Virus record (IMG/VR): IMGVR_UViG_3300028854_000020
Coordinates: 933-64,932 of that record
Direction: 5' to 3' (one strand)
Source of the DNA: a virus
Lineage: Duplodnaviria > Caudoviricetes
Length of the DNA stretch: 64,000 nt
Numbering within the stretch: position 1 is the first letter of the stretch; each line of letters begins with the position of its first letter. The notes below the pieces were generated by a model. The model had not been told where the DNA came from, did not search any database, and worked only from the letters and a program-made list of their open reading frames with translations. The translations under genes and the position numbers were made by a program. Shown in pieces: positions 21,901 through 32,210 of this stretch.

Positions 21901-22143
21901 ATGAAATCATATGAACGATTGTTAAGTTCTCGTTTATTGGAATTGTCGGCAGATGCATTTAGTAATCATGGTTGTAATGATATGAGTAATGAAACTTTAG
22001 CTAATATTTCTATTACAGATTTAGTGCAATTAGAAAAAGATTTTAATAAATGGTATTTTCCTAAAAGTGAAGATTATATCCCATTTGATGCTATTGGTGA
22101 TTGGATGTGGATGAGTTATTTAGCATATAGATTAAAACAGTAA
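21901..22143 (+). CDS. hypothetical protein
   Basis: 80-aa ORF with RBS, between tRNAs. Confidence 0.6.
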   Translation: MKSYERLLSSRLLELSADAFSNHGCNDMSNETLANISITDLVQLEKDFNKWYFPKSEDYIPFDAIGDWMWMSYLAYRLKQ

Positions 22144-22153
22144 ATAGTATTAT

Positions 22154-22230
22154 GCCCCTATAGCTCAGTGGACAAGAGCAAACGGTTTCTACCCGTAAGG
22201 TCGGGAGTTCAAATCTCTCTAGGGGTTCCA
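22154..22230 (+). tRNA. tRNA-Arg(TCT)
   Basis: Canonical cloverleaf, loop TTTCTAC, A20, CCA. Confidence 0.92.
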
Positions 22231-22240
22231 AAAATTTTAT

Positions 22241-22316
22241 GGACCCATTGGCAATGGATAGTCAACTTGAATTCGAATCAAGTTTAGTGTAGGTTCGAGT
22301 CCTACTGGGTCTGCCA
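22241..22316 (+). tRNA. tRNA-Arg(TCG)
   Basis: GGACCCA/TGGGTCT acceptor, CTTGA-ATTCGAA-TCAAG, GTAGG-TTCGAGT-CCTAC, GCCA. Confidence 0.88.
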
Positions 22317-23105
22317 TTTTAAAACAGTATTTTTGATTTCTTCTCTATTACCAACAATAAGTGGAAAAAGTTGAATCAATTGTTTAATTTTGTCTGCATC
22401 CTCCCTCATTTTCATTGGGTTTTTAACATCAAGAAACTTATTAAAAGATGGCAAATAAAAATCGGGAAGATATGTTCTCCATTTATTGTTAGTAGTATCA
22501 AACCAATGTAATCTTTTAGATGGACGCAACCAAATAATGTTTTTTTCATCTAACCATTTTGCGATAAATAATTCCCAAGAAGATTGTAAACTTGTTTCTG
22601 TATTGTCATTTTTATTAAAATAAGAAATTCTAATTTTGGCACATTTATTTTTGGAACGAATTGAATCACGACATTCAATCGAACAACATTTTTGATCATA
22701 AAATTCTCTTTTAAAAGTAATATGACAATGATGACATTCATAAAATGGTTTTGATCGTGAAGTAATATTTTTATTTTGTATACCTTTTCGCGTTCCTTTT
22801 GGTAAACATATTTTTCCTTCTTTATAAAGAAATTTCATTTTTTGAGAAAATTTTTCTTTAACATCTCTTGGCCACGAACCACGTTTAATATTTCTAAATG
22901 AAGCAGCACAAGATTGATTACAAAAATTATTATAATGTTTTTCATATGGTATTGTTAAATTACAATGTTTACATAATTTAGGATTTTGGTTATATTTGTC
23001 TATATATTCTTTCGATCTGAATATATTGGCACAATTAGAAGAACAGAATTTTATTCGTTTATCAGTTCTATTAAAAATCATTTGACATTGTTTGCAATTT
23101 TTCAT
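22302..23105 (-). mobile_element. putative homing endonuclease: repeated Cys fingers plus PD-(D/E)xK domain
   Basis: C..C...FCS..C repeats; QSSWE, YLPDFYLP..NKFLDVK. Confidence 0.75.
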
Positions 23106-23169
23106 ATAATATATTTATATATTTTTCTAAAAATTATGAAGTAACGGTTCAAAAAGAAAAGAGCTAACA

Positions 23170-23943
23170 ATGCAATATATTATCCAAAATTCGGGTGTTA
23201 CTTTTGCTTGTTTAGATAATAATGTTGCTCCATTAGTAAAAGCAATTGATGAGATTGGTGCAACAAGAATTGCATGTGGTGTTATACCTTTTACTGATAC
23301 TATTGTGGGTATTGACGATATTGATCCAACGATTCCAACTATGTTTTATGGTTCTACTCGGTTGGTTGAAATTGTATCCAAACTTTCATTTTCGCCCGGT
23401 GTGTGGTTTAAACCTGAATGGTTTGATCCTAAAAATTGGTGCGGAAAACGAAACGATCTTCTCAATGAAAATCAAACATATATGACTGTTGGAGAACTTA
23501 GAAAAAATTGGATCGACAAAGAATTTTTTGTAAAATCTTCCGATCCAAAAATTTTAACTGGAATGGTGCTTGAAAGTGATGATTATAAATGGTGGATTGA
23601 AGAATATTCCCATTTAAAAGATGAAGATAGGTTAGTGATTAGTCCAGTTCAAAACATTGTTCAAGAGTGGAGATTTTTTATAATCAATGGAGAAGTAGTT
23701 ACAGGGTCTCAATATAAACACAATGGATTATTGAGAATACGAGAACCAATTTCTGATTATGTTTGGGATAAAGCCAGAGAAATGTCTAGAGATTGGATGC
23801 CATCACAAAATATTGTGATGGATATTTGTAAACTTGAAAATGATGAATTCAAAGTTGTAGAGTTTAATACAATTTCATGTAGCGGTTTTTATGCAAGTCC
23901 TATAAAACCATTATTAGAGAAAATTTCATTTATATATGATTAA
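23170..23943 (+). CDS. ATP-grasp domain protein (DUF4343-like)
   Basis: FYGS, FFVKS, EWRFFII.G.VVTGSQY, MDIC, VVEFN..SCSGFY. Confidence 0.8.
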   Translation: MQYIIQNSGVTFACLDNNVAPLVKAIDEIGATRIACGVIPFTDTIVGIDDIDPTIPTMFYGSTRLVEIVSKLSFSPGVWFKPEWFDPKNWCGKRNDLLNENQTYMTVGELRKNWIDKEFFVKSSDPKILTGMVLESDDYKWWIEEYSHLKDEDRLVISPVQNIVQEWRFFIINGEVVTGSQYKHNGLLRIREPISDYVWDKAREMSRDWMPSQNIVMDICKLENDEFKVVEFNTISCSGFYASPIKPLLEKISFIYD

Positions 23944-23990
23944 TTTATATAAATTTGATAAATACTTCTGGGTTTTATTGGAGGTATTTT

Positions 23991-24737
23991 ATGATTCCAT
24001 TTACATATTTAATTACTCATATTCCATCAGGAAAAAGATACTATGGTTGTAGATACGGAAAAAGAAGCAACCCATCACAATTAGGAAAAACATATTTTTC
24101 AAGCTGCAAAGAACTATATAAATTAATAAAATTAGAAGGAGTTATTAATTTTATTTTTGAAATTAGAAAAATTTTTAATGATCCTTTAAAATGTAGAGCA
24201 TGGGAAGCAATTGTATTACGACGATTAAAAGCTGCCCAAAGTGATAATTGGTTTAATAAATCAAATGGTAATAAACAATTTTATTGCACCGGTCATTCTA
24301 AAGAAACAGTTGAAAAAATGGTTCTTGGACACAAAGGTTATAAGCATTCTGATGAAACAAAGAAAAAAATAGGACAATCACATAAAGGGAAAAAAGGTCA
24401 GGCATGGACTCCACAACAAAGGGAAAAAATCCTACAAAAACAAATAGGTTCAACTCGATCAGATAAAACTAAGCAAAAGATGAGTTTATCAGCAAAAAAT
24501 AGAACTAAAGAATCTTATTTGTGGTCAGAAGAACGAAAAAATAGAAGCAAAGGAAAATTCAAGGGAAAAGAAAATGGTTTTTATGGAAAAAATCATTCTG
24601 AAGAAAGTAGAAAGAAAATGAAAGATTATCATGCAACTGCCCCTAAAGCAATATGTAAAGTGTGTGGATTTTCTACTATTCCACCATTAATTAAGCGATG
24701 GCATAATGAAAATTGTAAAATGTTAAAATCTAAATAA
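23991..24737 (+). mobile_element. GIY-YIG-type homing endonuclease with NUMOD3 repeats
   Basis: FTYLITH...RYYGCR; HSKET/HSDETKKKIG/GKNHSEES repeats. Confidence 0.82.
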
Positions 24738-25126
24738 GAAAGGAATAGTATGAAATATAAGTTAGAAGCAACAAATCGCAGTAAATGGATTGGTTTTTTA
24801 TCTATTATTATATTTTTTATATCTGTTGGAACATGGTCTTATAGAGGATTATTGTGTTCAATTTATTGTTTGATAATCTCTCTTGCTCAATGTGAGTTAA
24901 TCACAATTAAAAATAGTAAAGAAAACAAAGAAGAGGATAATGATGAAGAAAACAGTTGATATTGCTTTAGAATATTTACTAAAAGCACAAAAAGAAATTT
25001 ATGAACAATGTCCACCACCGTATGAATTTCCATCTGATAATGGAAGAGTAGCTCAACTTATATCAGATGCTATAAACACCGCAACTATAATCAAAAATAA
25101 AGCAACCAATTAATAAAGGAAATAAA

Positions 25127-25873
25127 ATGCAAATAACACAGTTTTCAAAACAAAATAATAGACCATATCAAGAAGATAGATCATTTATAAAAATTATGAA
25201 AACTGGTGTTCTTTTGGGTGTATTTGATGGACATGGTGGAGAAGAGGTTTCGGATTTTTGTGCAGATAATACTGTAAAGATTTTTAATCATATTAGTAAA
25301 GAAATAAAAAAAGACCCCGAAGAAACATTAAAACAGCTTGTTAAAAAATTAGATGAAAAAACAAATTATAGTTATTGTGGATCAACGGCTGCAATTGTTT
25401 TGATTAAAAATAACGAAGCACATGTTGCAATTTTAGGAGATAGTGGTGTTTTAATTAAAACATCCTCTGGTTCATTGTGGCAATCACCTGAACATAATGT
25501 TCGAACAAATGCAAAAGAATGTGATGAAGCTAAAGCACGTGGTGGATGGGTTGACACAAATCGTGGTTATCTATTTGATAGAAATGTATATAATGGACAA
25601 GGTTTGCAAATGAGTCGTGCCCTTGGTGATCGTGAATTATCAAGAGTATTAAATAGAGAACCAGAAATTTTTCATATCCCAATTAACAAAACTAGTTGGA
25701 TATTGGTTTATTCAGATGGTTTAATTGATCCATCTCATGCTAATCAAAATGCAGTTATTGGAATTGTAAAGGCTATTGAAACTTTACCAATTGGTGCAGA
25801 AGAATTGGTTCATGCCGTCTCCGATGTTCAAAATAATGATAATTCAACAGCTATTTTAGCTAGAATGGAATAA
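25127..25873 (+). CDS. PP2C-family protein phosphatase
   Basis: RPYQEDR, GVFDGHGG, GSTA, LGDS, MSRALGD, SDGL, DNST. Confidence 0.92.
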   Translation: MQITQFSKQNNRPYQEDRSFIKIMKTGVLLGVFDGHGGEEVSDFCADNTVKIFNHISKEIKKDPEETLKQLVKKLDEKTNYSYCGSTAAIVLIKNNEAHVAILGDSGVLIKTSSGSLWQSPEHNVRTNAKECDEAKARGGWVDTNRGYLFDRNVYNGQGLQMSRALGDRELSRVLNREPEIFHIPINKTSWILVYSDGLIDPSHANQNAVIGIVKAIETLPIGAEELVHAVSDVQNNDNSTAILARME

Positions 25874-25875
25874 AT

Positions 25876-26313
25876 ATGAGTTCTGTTATTAAAGATTTTA
25901 ATTCTGATTATCTATCAGTATACCTTAATCATCCAACTTTTACTTCATCAATAAAAAAAGCTAAAACATTTATTCCAAAAATCGAATTTGATTCTTTTGC
26001 GTTTCGAGGAATGAGTGGCGCTTTATTAGCTCCTATTCTTGCAATTAAATGTAAAAAACATCTAATCATGATTAGAAAATCTATTGAGGGTTCTCATAGT
26101 AATAGTATGGTAGAAGGATATATTAAAACAAAAAAATTTATTATTATTGATGATTTTATAGAAAGCGGAAATACAGTTAATACTATTATTGCAGAAGTAA
26201 AAAGATTTGCACCGAATGCAAAATGTAGTGGAATTTTGTTAATTGGTGGTTATAGTCGTATTCCTATATTTTATACAATGGCCAAGTATAAAAAAATGTA
26301 TTTAATAAAATAA
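25876..26313 (+). CDS. type I phosphoribosyltransferase
   Basis: IIIDDFIESGNT PRPP-binding loop. Confidence 0.82.
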   Translation: MSSVIKDFNSDYLSVYLNHPTFTSSIKKAKTFIPKIEFDSFAFRGMSGALLAPILAIKCKKHLIMIRKSIEGSHSNSMVEGYIKTKKFIIIDDFIESGNTVNTIIAEVKRFAPNAKCSGILLIGGYSRIPIFYTMAKYKKMYLIK

Positions 26314-26442
26314 ACACAAAAACAATCATAACTAATAAATACTAGTGTCATTTCAATTTAGATTTCAGGAGACAATAATGATGTGTCCTACCGAAATATC
26401 TTATCCTCAATTAAAAACTTCATTTCCATGGCAAAATAAATA

Positions 26443-27684
26443 ATGATTAAAAATAATATAACATGTATTTTCTGTCGTAAATCTAGAGATAAAAGTTTAA
26501 AAATGGTTATTAGTGGAAACTATGCAATATGTGATAAATGTGTTTTTTTATTTGGTGGTCTTATTAAAGGGTCTGTTACTCCACAAGTAGCTTCAAAAGA
26601 AGCAGAAAAAAAACAATTGGCTGAACAATTAGATAGTATGAAAATTCGTGAATTTTTGGATCAATATGTTATTGGCCAAGAACCAGCAAAAATTGCATTA
26701 TGTGTAAGCATAGTAAATCATTATAAAAGAATGTTGTATGGCCAAGATAATGATGAATTAAGTAAAAGCAATCTAATGATTACTGGACCAAGTGGGAGTG
26801 GCAAAAGTTTACTAATTCGCACAATAGCTAAATTTTTAGATGTGCCATTTATATCAATTGATGCGACTACTTTAACCGAAGCTGGATATATTGGCCAAAA
26901 TGTAGATACGATTGTATCTAGATTATTAATTGAGGCCAATGGTGATATCGCTACAGCAGAAAATGGTATTGTGTTTTTGGATGAAATAGATAAAATTGCG
27001 ATTGGAAAAACAAGAGTATCAGCTAATGATGGAAGAGTATCGGGTATACAATCTGCATTATTAAAAATGGTCGAGGGTTCAATTATTCCACTTGGTATGA
27101 ATTTTGAATTAAAAAGGTCATCTAAAATGGCAGAAATTAATACTTCTCATATTCTTTTTATTTGCGGAGGATCATTTACAGGTTTAAACGAAATTGTAAC
27201 TTCACGATTAAAAAAGAAAAAAGGTATTGGGTTTACTGATAATATTACAGGAATGAATAATATGGAATCAGAATATACTACCGAAGATTTTATAGAATTT
27301 GGCATGATTCCTGAATTTGTTGGAAGATTTCCAATAAAAACATATACAAAAGAATTAACTAAAGAAGAATTATTACAAATTTTGAATAATAGCAAAAATA
27401 ATATTCTTACCGATTATAAATTTTATTTTTCTGTAGATGAAATTGATTTAGATTTTACACCTGAATTTTTAGAAGCAGTTGCAACCAAAGCAAAAACAGA
27501 AAAAACTGGAGTTAGAGGGCTTCGATCAATTTGTGATGAATTGATGTTAATGCATTTATATCTACTACCAGAATATAAAAAACGTGACGTAGCAAAAATT
27601 ACTTTTTTTGAAGATTGTATCGACAAACAAAAATTACCAAAAATTGAAATATTTGAAAAGAAAAAAATGGTAAAATCAAAATAA
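26443..27684 (+). CDS. clpX: ClpX ATP-dependent protease ATPase subunit
   Basis: C4 zinc domain, LDQYVIGQ, GPSGSGKS, TEAGYIG, FLDEIDKI, IGF loop, PEFVGRFP, GVRGLR. Confidence 0.93.
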   Translation: MIKNNITCIFCRKSRDKSLKMVISGNYAICDKCVFLFGGLIKGSVTPQVASKEAEKKQLAEQLDSMKIREFLDQYVIGQEPAKIALCVSIVNHYKRMLYGQDNDELSKSNLMITGPSGSGKSLLIRTIAKFLDVPFISIDATTLTEAGYIGQNVDTIVSRLLIEANGDIATAENGIVFLDEIDKIAIGKTRVSANDGRVSGIQSALLKMVEGSIIPLGMNFELKRSSKMAEINTSHILFICGGSFTGLNEIVTSRLKKKKGIGFTDNITGMNNMESEYTTEDFIEFGMIPEFVGRFPIKTYTKELTKEELLQILNNSKNNILTDYKFYFSVDEIDLDFTPEFLEAVATKAKTEKTGVRGLRSICDELMLMHLYLLPEYKKRDVAKITFFEDCIDKQKLPKIEIFEKKKMVKSK

Positions 27685-27720
27685 TATTTTATTTTTCTTG
27701 ACAAACATGTTAATTACTGG

Positions 27721-27789
27721 TATAAATAAAGATGTGGATGCCTTCGGGGTTCACTAAATCATACTTGCTAAATATAGGAGAAATATATT
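27721..27789 (+). promoter_or_regulatory. late promoter and structured hsp20 leader
   Basis: TATAAATA, then GTGGATGCC-TTCG-GGGTTCAC hairpin and CTTGCT..AGGAG over the RBS. Confidence 0.6.
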
Positions 27790-28251
27790 ATGACAATGCT
27801 CACTAAATCCTCGCTTATTCGAAATCCAGAAATATTAAATTTATATCACTCTTTAATTGGTTTTGATCAGTTTTTTGATGATCTTGATAGTTTTCACAAG
27901 AAAACAAACTATCCTCCATTTAATGTGATTCGTGTAGATGAATTACATTATGTTATGGAATTGGCTGTTGCTGGATTCTCACCAAAAGATATTTCAGTTA
28001 CAAGTAAACAAGGAGTGCTTACTATATCCGCAAAAACTACAGAATCAGACTCTTTAAAAGAAACAAATTATATTTATAAAGGGCTTGCATCAAGAGCATT
28101 TACCAAAGATTTCAAGCTATATGAACATATTTTTGTGACCGGAGCAACTTTTGATAACGGTATTCTTAAAGTAAATCTTGAAGTTAAACTTCCAGATCAA
28201 CTAAAAGAACAAAAATTTACAGTTATGGATCATAATCAACCAAAAGTATAA
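27790..28251 (+). CDS. small heat shock protein (Hsp20/IbpA-like)
   Basis: IGFD, NYPPFNV, LAVAGF, YKGLASRAF, NGIL. Confidence 0.93.
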   Translation: MTMLTKSSLIRNPEILNLYHSLIGFDQFFDDLDSFHKKTNYPPFNVIRVDELHYVMELAVAGFSPKDISVTSKQGVLTISAKTTESDSLKETNYIYKGLASRAFTKDFKLYEHIFVTGATFDNGILKVNLEVKLPDQLKEQKFTVMDHNQPKV

Positions 28252-28265
28252 AGAAAAGAGAAAAT

Positions 28266-28583
28266 ATGAGCGAAACTTCCTGTGATGTAATAACAAAGGT
28301 AAAAATTGATACTACTTTGAAGCCTCCTACGCTTTATAGTGTAATTTATTTCAATGATGAAACAACCAGTGTTGTGTTTGTGGTTCAATCATTAATTGAT
28401 GTTTTTGGATATTCAGTGGAGGCTGCGATAGAAATGGCTCAAAAAATTGATGAACAAGGATCAGGAAACGCAGCATCAGGTTTACCTAAAGAACTTGCTA
28501 ATCATCTTAGAGATTTGGTTATTGTTCAAGCCAGATCAGAAAATTTTCCTCTGGTTGTAACAACCAAAGAGGATGGTATATAA
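28266..28583 (+). CDS. clpS: ClpS adaptor protein
   Basis: PPTLYSVIYFNDETT..FVV..L..VF, ARSENFPL. Confidence 0.85.
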   Translation: MSETSCDVITKVKIDTTLKPPTLYSVIYFNDETTSVVFVVQSLIDVFGYSVEAAIEMAQKIDEQGSGNAASGLPKELANHLRDLVIVQARSENFPLVVTTKEDGI

Positions 28584-28788
28584 ATGGAAAAAAATTTTTG
28601 GGATAGTGTTCCATCACGTCTGAAACAACAATGGGGTGATCATGGATATCCAGAATGTGATTGTGATATGTGTGGTGGAGACGAAACCTGTAAAATTCTA
28701 CCACCATTTGAAACAGGTGAAGAATATATAAAAAGGCTAGTGAGTTATATTATGTATTTAGAAAAATACAACTCACTAGATATTTAAA

Positions 28789-29085
28789 CTATTTAATTTT
28801 AACCTTGTTCTTTTTTGGTAATTTTGTTTCTGGTTTAACAACAACTGTTGTGATCTTCTTTTTAGCTTTCTTTTTTGGTTCTGGAATAATTTCAATTGAT
28901 TGAACTTTTGGTTCCATAGCTAATTCAATTTTTACATCTTCATCAGAAGCCTTGTTAGTGATACATTCTTCACAAACAATAGCAGACGTTTTTAATTCTT
29001 TGGCTTCTACTTTTGATTTTGGAATTACCAGTAATAATGCAATAATCGCAATTATTAAAATAAAAAATACAATAACATATGTCAT
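28789..29085 (-). CDS. membrane-anchored basic protein
   Basis: N-terminal TM, Lys-rich tail; CTAAATA late motif upstream on the minus strand. Confidence 0.6.
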   Translation of the reverse strand: MTYVIVFFILIIAIIALLLVIPKSKVEAKELKTSAIVCEECITNKASDEDVKIELAMEPKVQSIEIIPEPKKKAKKKITTVVVKPETKLPKKNKVKIK

Positions 29086-29203
29086 ATTAATACTCCTTGG
29101 CCGTATTTAGTATTAAAATAATTGTGTTGACAAAGAGTTGACAATTTGATATAATTCATTCAACTCAAGCAATGCTTGAAAACAATAAGGAGAAATAAAT
29201 ATT

Positions 29204-29452
29204 ATGGCTTTTACAAATATTTCAACTACGCAGCTTGTATTTCTGCATGATTATCTTAGAGGTAATACTCGCACATTGACTTCAAGACAGGCAGCAAGTC
29301 AATTTGGAATTCTTAATCTTCGTGCTCGTATGAGCGAACTTAGACAGATGGGGCTTCGTGTTCGCAGAGAACCATCAACAACTGGATATTCAAAGTATGC
29401 AGTAAGCGCACGTGATGTATGGGGATCAAAGGCAAGCCTAACCACTCGGTAA
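29204..29452 (+). CDS. winged HTH protein
   Basis: LTSRQAASQFGILNLRARMSELRQMG; terminator at 29472-29504. Confidence 0.7.
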   Translation: MAFTNISTTQLVFLHDYLRGNTRTLTSRQAASQFGILNLRARMSELRQMGLRVRREPSTTGYSKYAVSARDVWGSKASLTTR

Positions 29453-29537
29453 TTCAACTAAACAACTAACAAGAGAGGATGGCAATTGCCATCCTTTTCT
29501 TTTTGACAAACAACCCAAATTCTGATATACTGTATTT

Positions 29538-29801
29538 GTGAATGAGAAAAATTACAATTCAATGTCTGTATCGGGACATTTGTCTGCTGTTCAACAAGAT
29601 GGTTATGCCATTCAATACATCAAGAATCCAAGTGAAGCTGTGCAATTGGCTGCTGTTAATAAAAATGGTTATGTCATTTATTATATTAAGAATCCAAGTG
29701 AAGCCGTGCAATTGTCTGCTGTTCAACAAGATAGTTCTGCCATCGATTATATTGAAAACCCAACAATATCTGTTCAAATGATGGCAAAATTATTGTCTTG
29801 A
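29538..29801 (+). CDS. leaderless 22-aa repeat protein (DUF4116-like), 3 repeats
   Basis: GTG begins 7 nt after TATACT; TGA stop lies inside the next TTGACA. Confidence 0.8.
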   Translation: MNEKNYNSMSVSGHLSAVQQDGYAIQYIKNPSEAVQLAAVNKNGYVIYYIKNPSEAVQLSAVQQDSSAIDYIENPTISVQMMAKLLS

Positions 29802-29852
29802 CAACCAAACCAAAGTTTGATATACTAATCTTGTAGTCAAAGAAAGGAACAA

Positions 29853-30584
29853 ATGAAGAAAGTTGCAGAAGTTGTAATGCCGGTTTCTTATCCGCGTAAT
29901 GAGGTTTTTGCTGCCGCAATTGCGGCTCAACGAATCAATGGCGAATATGTGAAACGCGCATTTACTCCATATGTTCCCTATCGTCGCGGAAGAACTTATT
30001 ATGCTCCTGTGAACCGAACCCAAACTGATGTTTCGATTTGCAATAAACCATACAATGCTTATCTAATGAAGTCTATTTTGGAATCAAATAAAAGTGATAT
30101 TTTGCCGGAAGATTATGAACAGGGGGAAGTGATTCGTTCATATTTTTGTAGCAAGATCACTGCAATTTTTGATGGAACCGCGCAGGATTTTTTAAAGGGT
30201 GCTATTGAAGCGTCTATTGCTGATGAAATTTCTTCCACTCAACAGTTTGGTCTTATTGCTTCCCTTCCATCGGTATATGAACGCAATATTAAGCGTTCCA
30301 ATGATCGCGCTATTCTATCTGATATTTCTTCAAATAGCGTTCCATTGACATCTGTGATTGGAGACTATGTTAAACTTAATGTCACCGTTCTTGATTCAAT
30401 TTATAAAGAAAAGTATAATTCACACGCAGTTAATGTCAAAGTGAACAATGTATCTGAGAATCATGTATTGTTTTTCTTTGGCAAAGATACATATCAAAAA
30501 GGTTCGTCATATAATATTTCTGGACGAATCAAGTCAAAAGGAAATCAGATAACACAGCTTCATTATGTTAAGAAGATTGATTAA
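29853..30584 (+). CDS. hypothetical phage protein (possible C-terminal OB fold)
   Basis: 243-aa ORF with own promoter and AAGGA RBS. Confidence 0.65.
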   Translation: MKKVAEVVMPVSYPRNEVFAAAIAAQRINGEYVKRAFTPYVPYRRGRTYYAPVNRTQTDVSICNKPYNAYLMKSILESNKSDILPEDYEQGEVIRSYFCSKITAIFDGTAQDFLKGAIEASIADEISSTQQFGLIASLPSVYERNIKRSNDRAILSDISSNSVPLTSVIGDYVKLNVTVLDSIYKEKYNSHAVNVKVNNVSENHVLFFFGKDTYQKGSSYNISGRIKSKGNQITQLHYVKKID

Positions 30585-30607
30585 TAATTTTAAGAAAGAG
30601 GATAACA

Positions 30608-31729
30608 ATGACGTATTTAAATGACATTCTCGATATAAATTTTCTTGCTCAGTTGATCAAGGATGGATATATTTCACAAAAATTTCATAATGATTATCCT
30701 CTTGCTATATTAAATTATAGTAAATTGGCTCAGTTTGACGAAAAATTAGTTTGGAACAACGAAATGAATTTGTCTCGTGGGTTGATTTACAATACTGACA
30801 CGATGGAAGTTGTGGCCGTTCCTTTTCGTAAGTTTTGGAACATTTCAGACTCTCGGCATCCTGAAACTATGCCTGAAAATCTTCCGAATGAAATTCCTTT
30901 GTTTTTGGAGAAGTTGGACGGTTCGCTTGGAATTTTGTTTGAATGGGATAACTTGAATCATGTAGCAACTAGGGGTAGCTTTCATTCAGATCAAGCAGTT
31001 TGGGCAACTAACTGGCTTCGAACCACTCATCCTAATTTGCAATTGCCGAAGGAAGGCACGATACTTGCTGAAATTCTTTATAAACAAAACAAAATAGTAA
31101 TTGATTATGATTTTGAAGGTCTTGTTGTTATTGGTGCAATCAATAAGGCAACTACAAAGGAAATGAATCGTGACGATTTGAAGGTTTATTGCCGAGTGAT
31201 GGAATTGAATATTGTTCAGGAGTATAAGAAATCTTTGAACACTTGTCTTTCTGAGGATGAAAAAAATCGGGAAGGATATGTTCTTACTTATCCGTCAACT
31301 GGTATAAAGGTTAAAGTTAAATTTGAAACTTATTGTCAGTTACATAAGATTTTGACAAATTTGAACGCACATAGTATTTGGGAATTGCTGCGTGATGAAA
31401 AGTCTCAAACTATTTCTGATTGGTTGAAAGATGAAAATATGCCTGATACTTTTAAGAAGTGGGTTAAGACGGTTTGGTTTTCATTAATCGGGAAATTTGA
31501 AAATATTTTAACGGAAGCAAATCATCGCTATGTTTCTCGTCCAATGACTGATCCATTTATGCCGTATAAGGAATCTCGTAAGATTATGGCACAATATTTC
31601 ACTTTGGAAGAAAATCGTAAATATTCTGGTTTGTTGTTTGGTATGCTCGATAAGAAAAATATTGACAAATCAATTTGGAAAATGATTGAACCTGCTGGAA
31701 GTGATGTATTTCTTGTGGACGGAGAGTAA
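30608..31729 (+). CDS. T4 Rnl1-type RNA ligase
   Basis: SRGLI, PFRKFWN, EKLDGSLG, ATRGSF, EGYV, KVKVK..Y..LH. Confidence 0.9.
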   Translation: MTYLNDILDINFLAQLIKDGYISQKFHNDYPLAILNYSKLAQFDEKLVWNNEMNLSRGLIYNTDTMEVVAVPFRKFWNISDSRHPETMPENLPNEIPLFLEKLDGSLGILFEWDNLNHVATRGSFHSDQAVWATNWLRTTHPNLQLPKEGTILAEILYKQNKIVIDYDFEGLVVIGAINKATTKEMNRDDLKVYCRVMELNIVQEYKKSLNTCLSEDEKNREGYVLTYPSTGIKVKVKFETYCQLHKILTNLNAHSIWELLRDEKSQTISDWLKDENMPDTFKKWVKTVWFSLIGKFENILTEANHRYVSRPMTDPFMPYKESRKIMAQYFTLEENRKYSGLLFGMLDKKNIDKSIWKMIEPAGSDVFLVDGE

Positions 31730-31744
31730 TTTTCCGTCCATATT

Positions 31745-32161
31745 TTAAGAAATCCACCCTTGCCAATATAAATTATCAGTTGAAATTGGGGGAACAAAAT
31801 AAGTAACGGTATAGCCAGAAATGGAAAAACCGACACCCAAAATAAGTGGAAAATTATTCCAAACAATCACAGTTGCGGGAATAGGAGAGACAAAACCGGT
31901 TGTTGTAAAAACTGTTCTAATTCCATCGGGTGTTTCTTGAAATGTTCCAGAAACGGGAATATTTGCTGGTGTAGTGGCAGCAGTTACTACGGTAAGAATT
32001 TCTGTATTTCCTTGAAATGGAGCACCATCTGAAATGGTCCCGTTTCCAATAAACAATCTTTGACTATCCACCGACCACCCAAGTTCACCTTTAGAAAGCA
32101 ATGGAAGATTTTGTTGAAGTCCTGATCTTACTTGTATTTTAGAGTTTTGTCGAATTCCCAT
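31745..32161 (-). CDS. virion structural protein (SKIQVR.G...LP.L..GELGW..D..RLFIGNG domain)
   Basis: N-terminal motif common in myophage tail and neck proteins; late TAAATA motif upstream. Confidence 0.7.
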   Translation of the reverse strand: MGIRQNSKIQVRSGLQQNLPLLSKGELGWSVDSQRLFIGNGTISDGAPFQGNTEILTVVTAATTPANIPVSGTFQETPDGIRTVFTTTGFVSPIPATVIVWNNFPLILGVGFSISGYTVTYFVPPISTDNLYWQGWIS

Positions 32162-32210
32162 TATTTTAATTCCTCTGTATTATTTATCTATGTTTTTAAA
32201 TTTGGAGATT

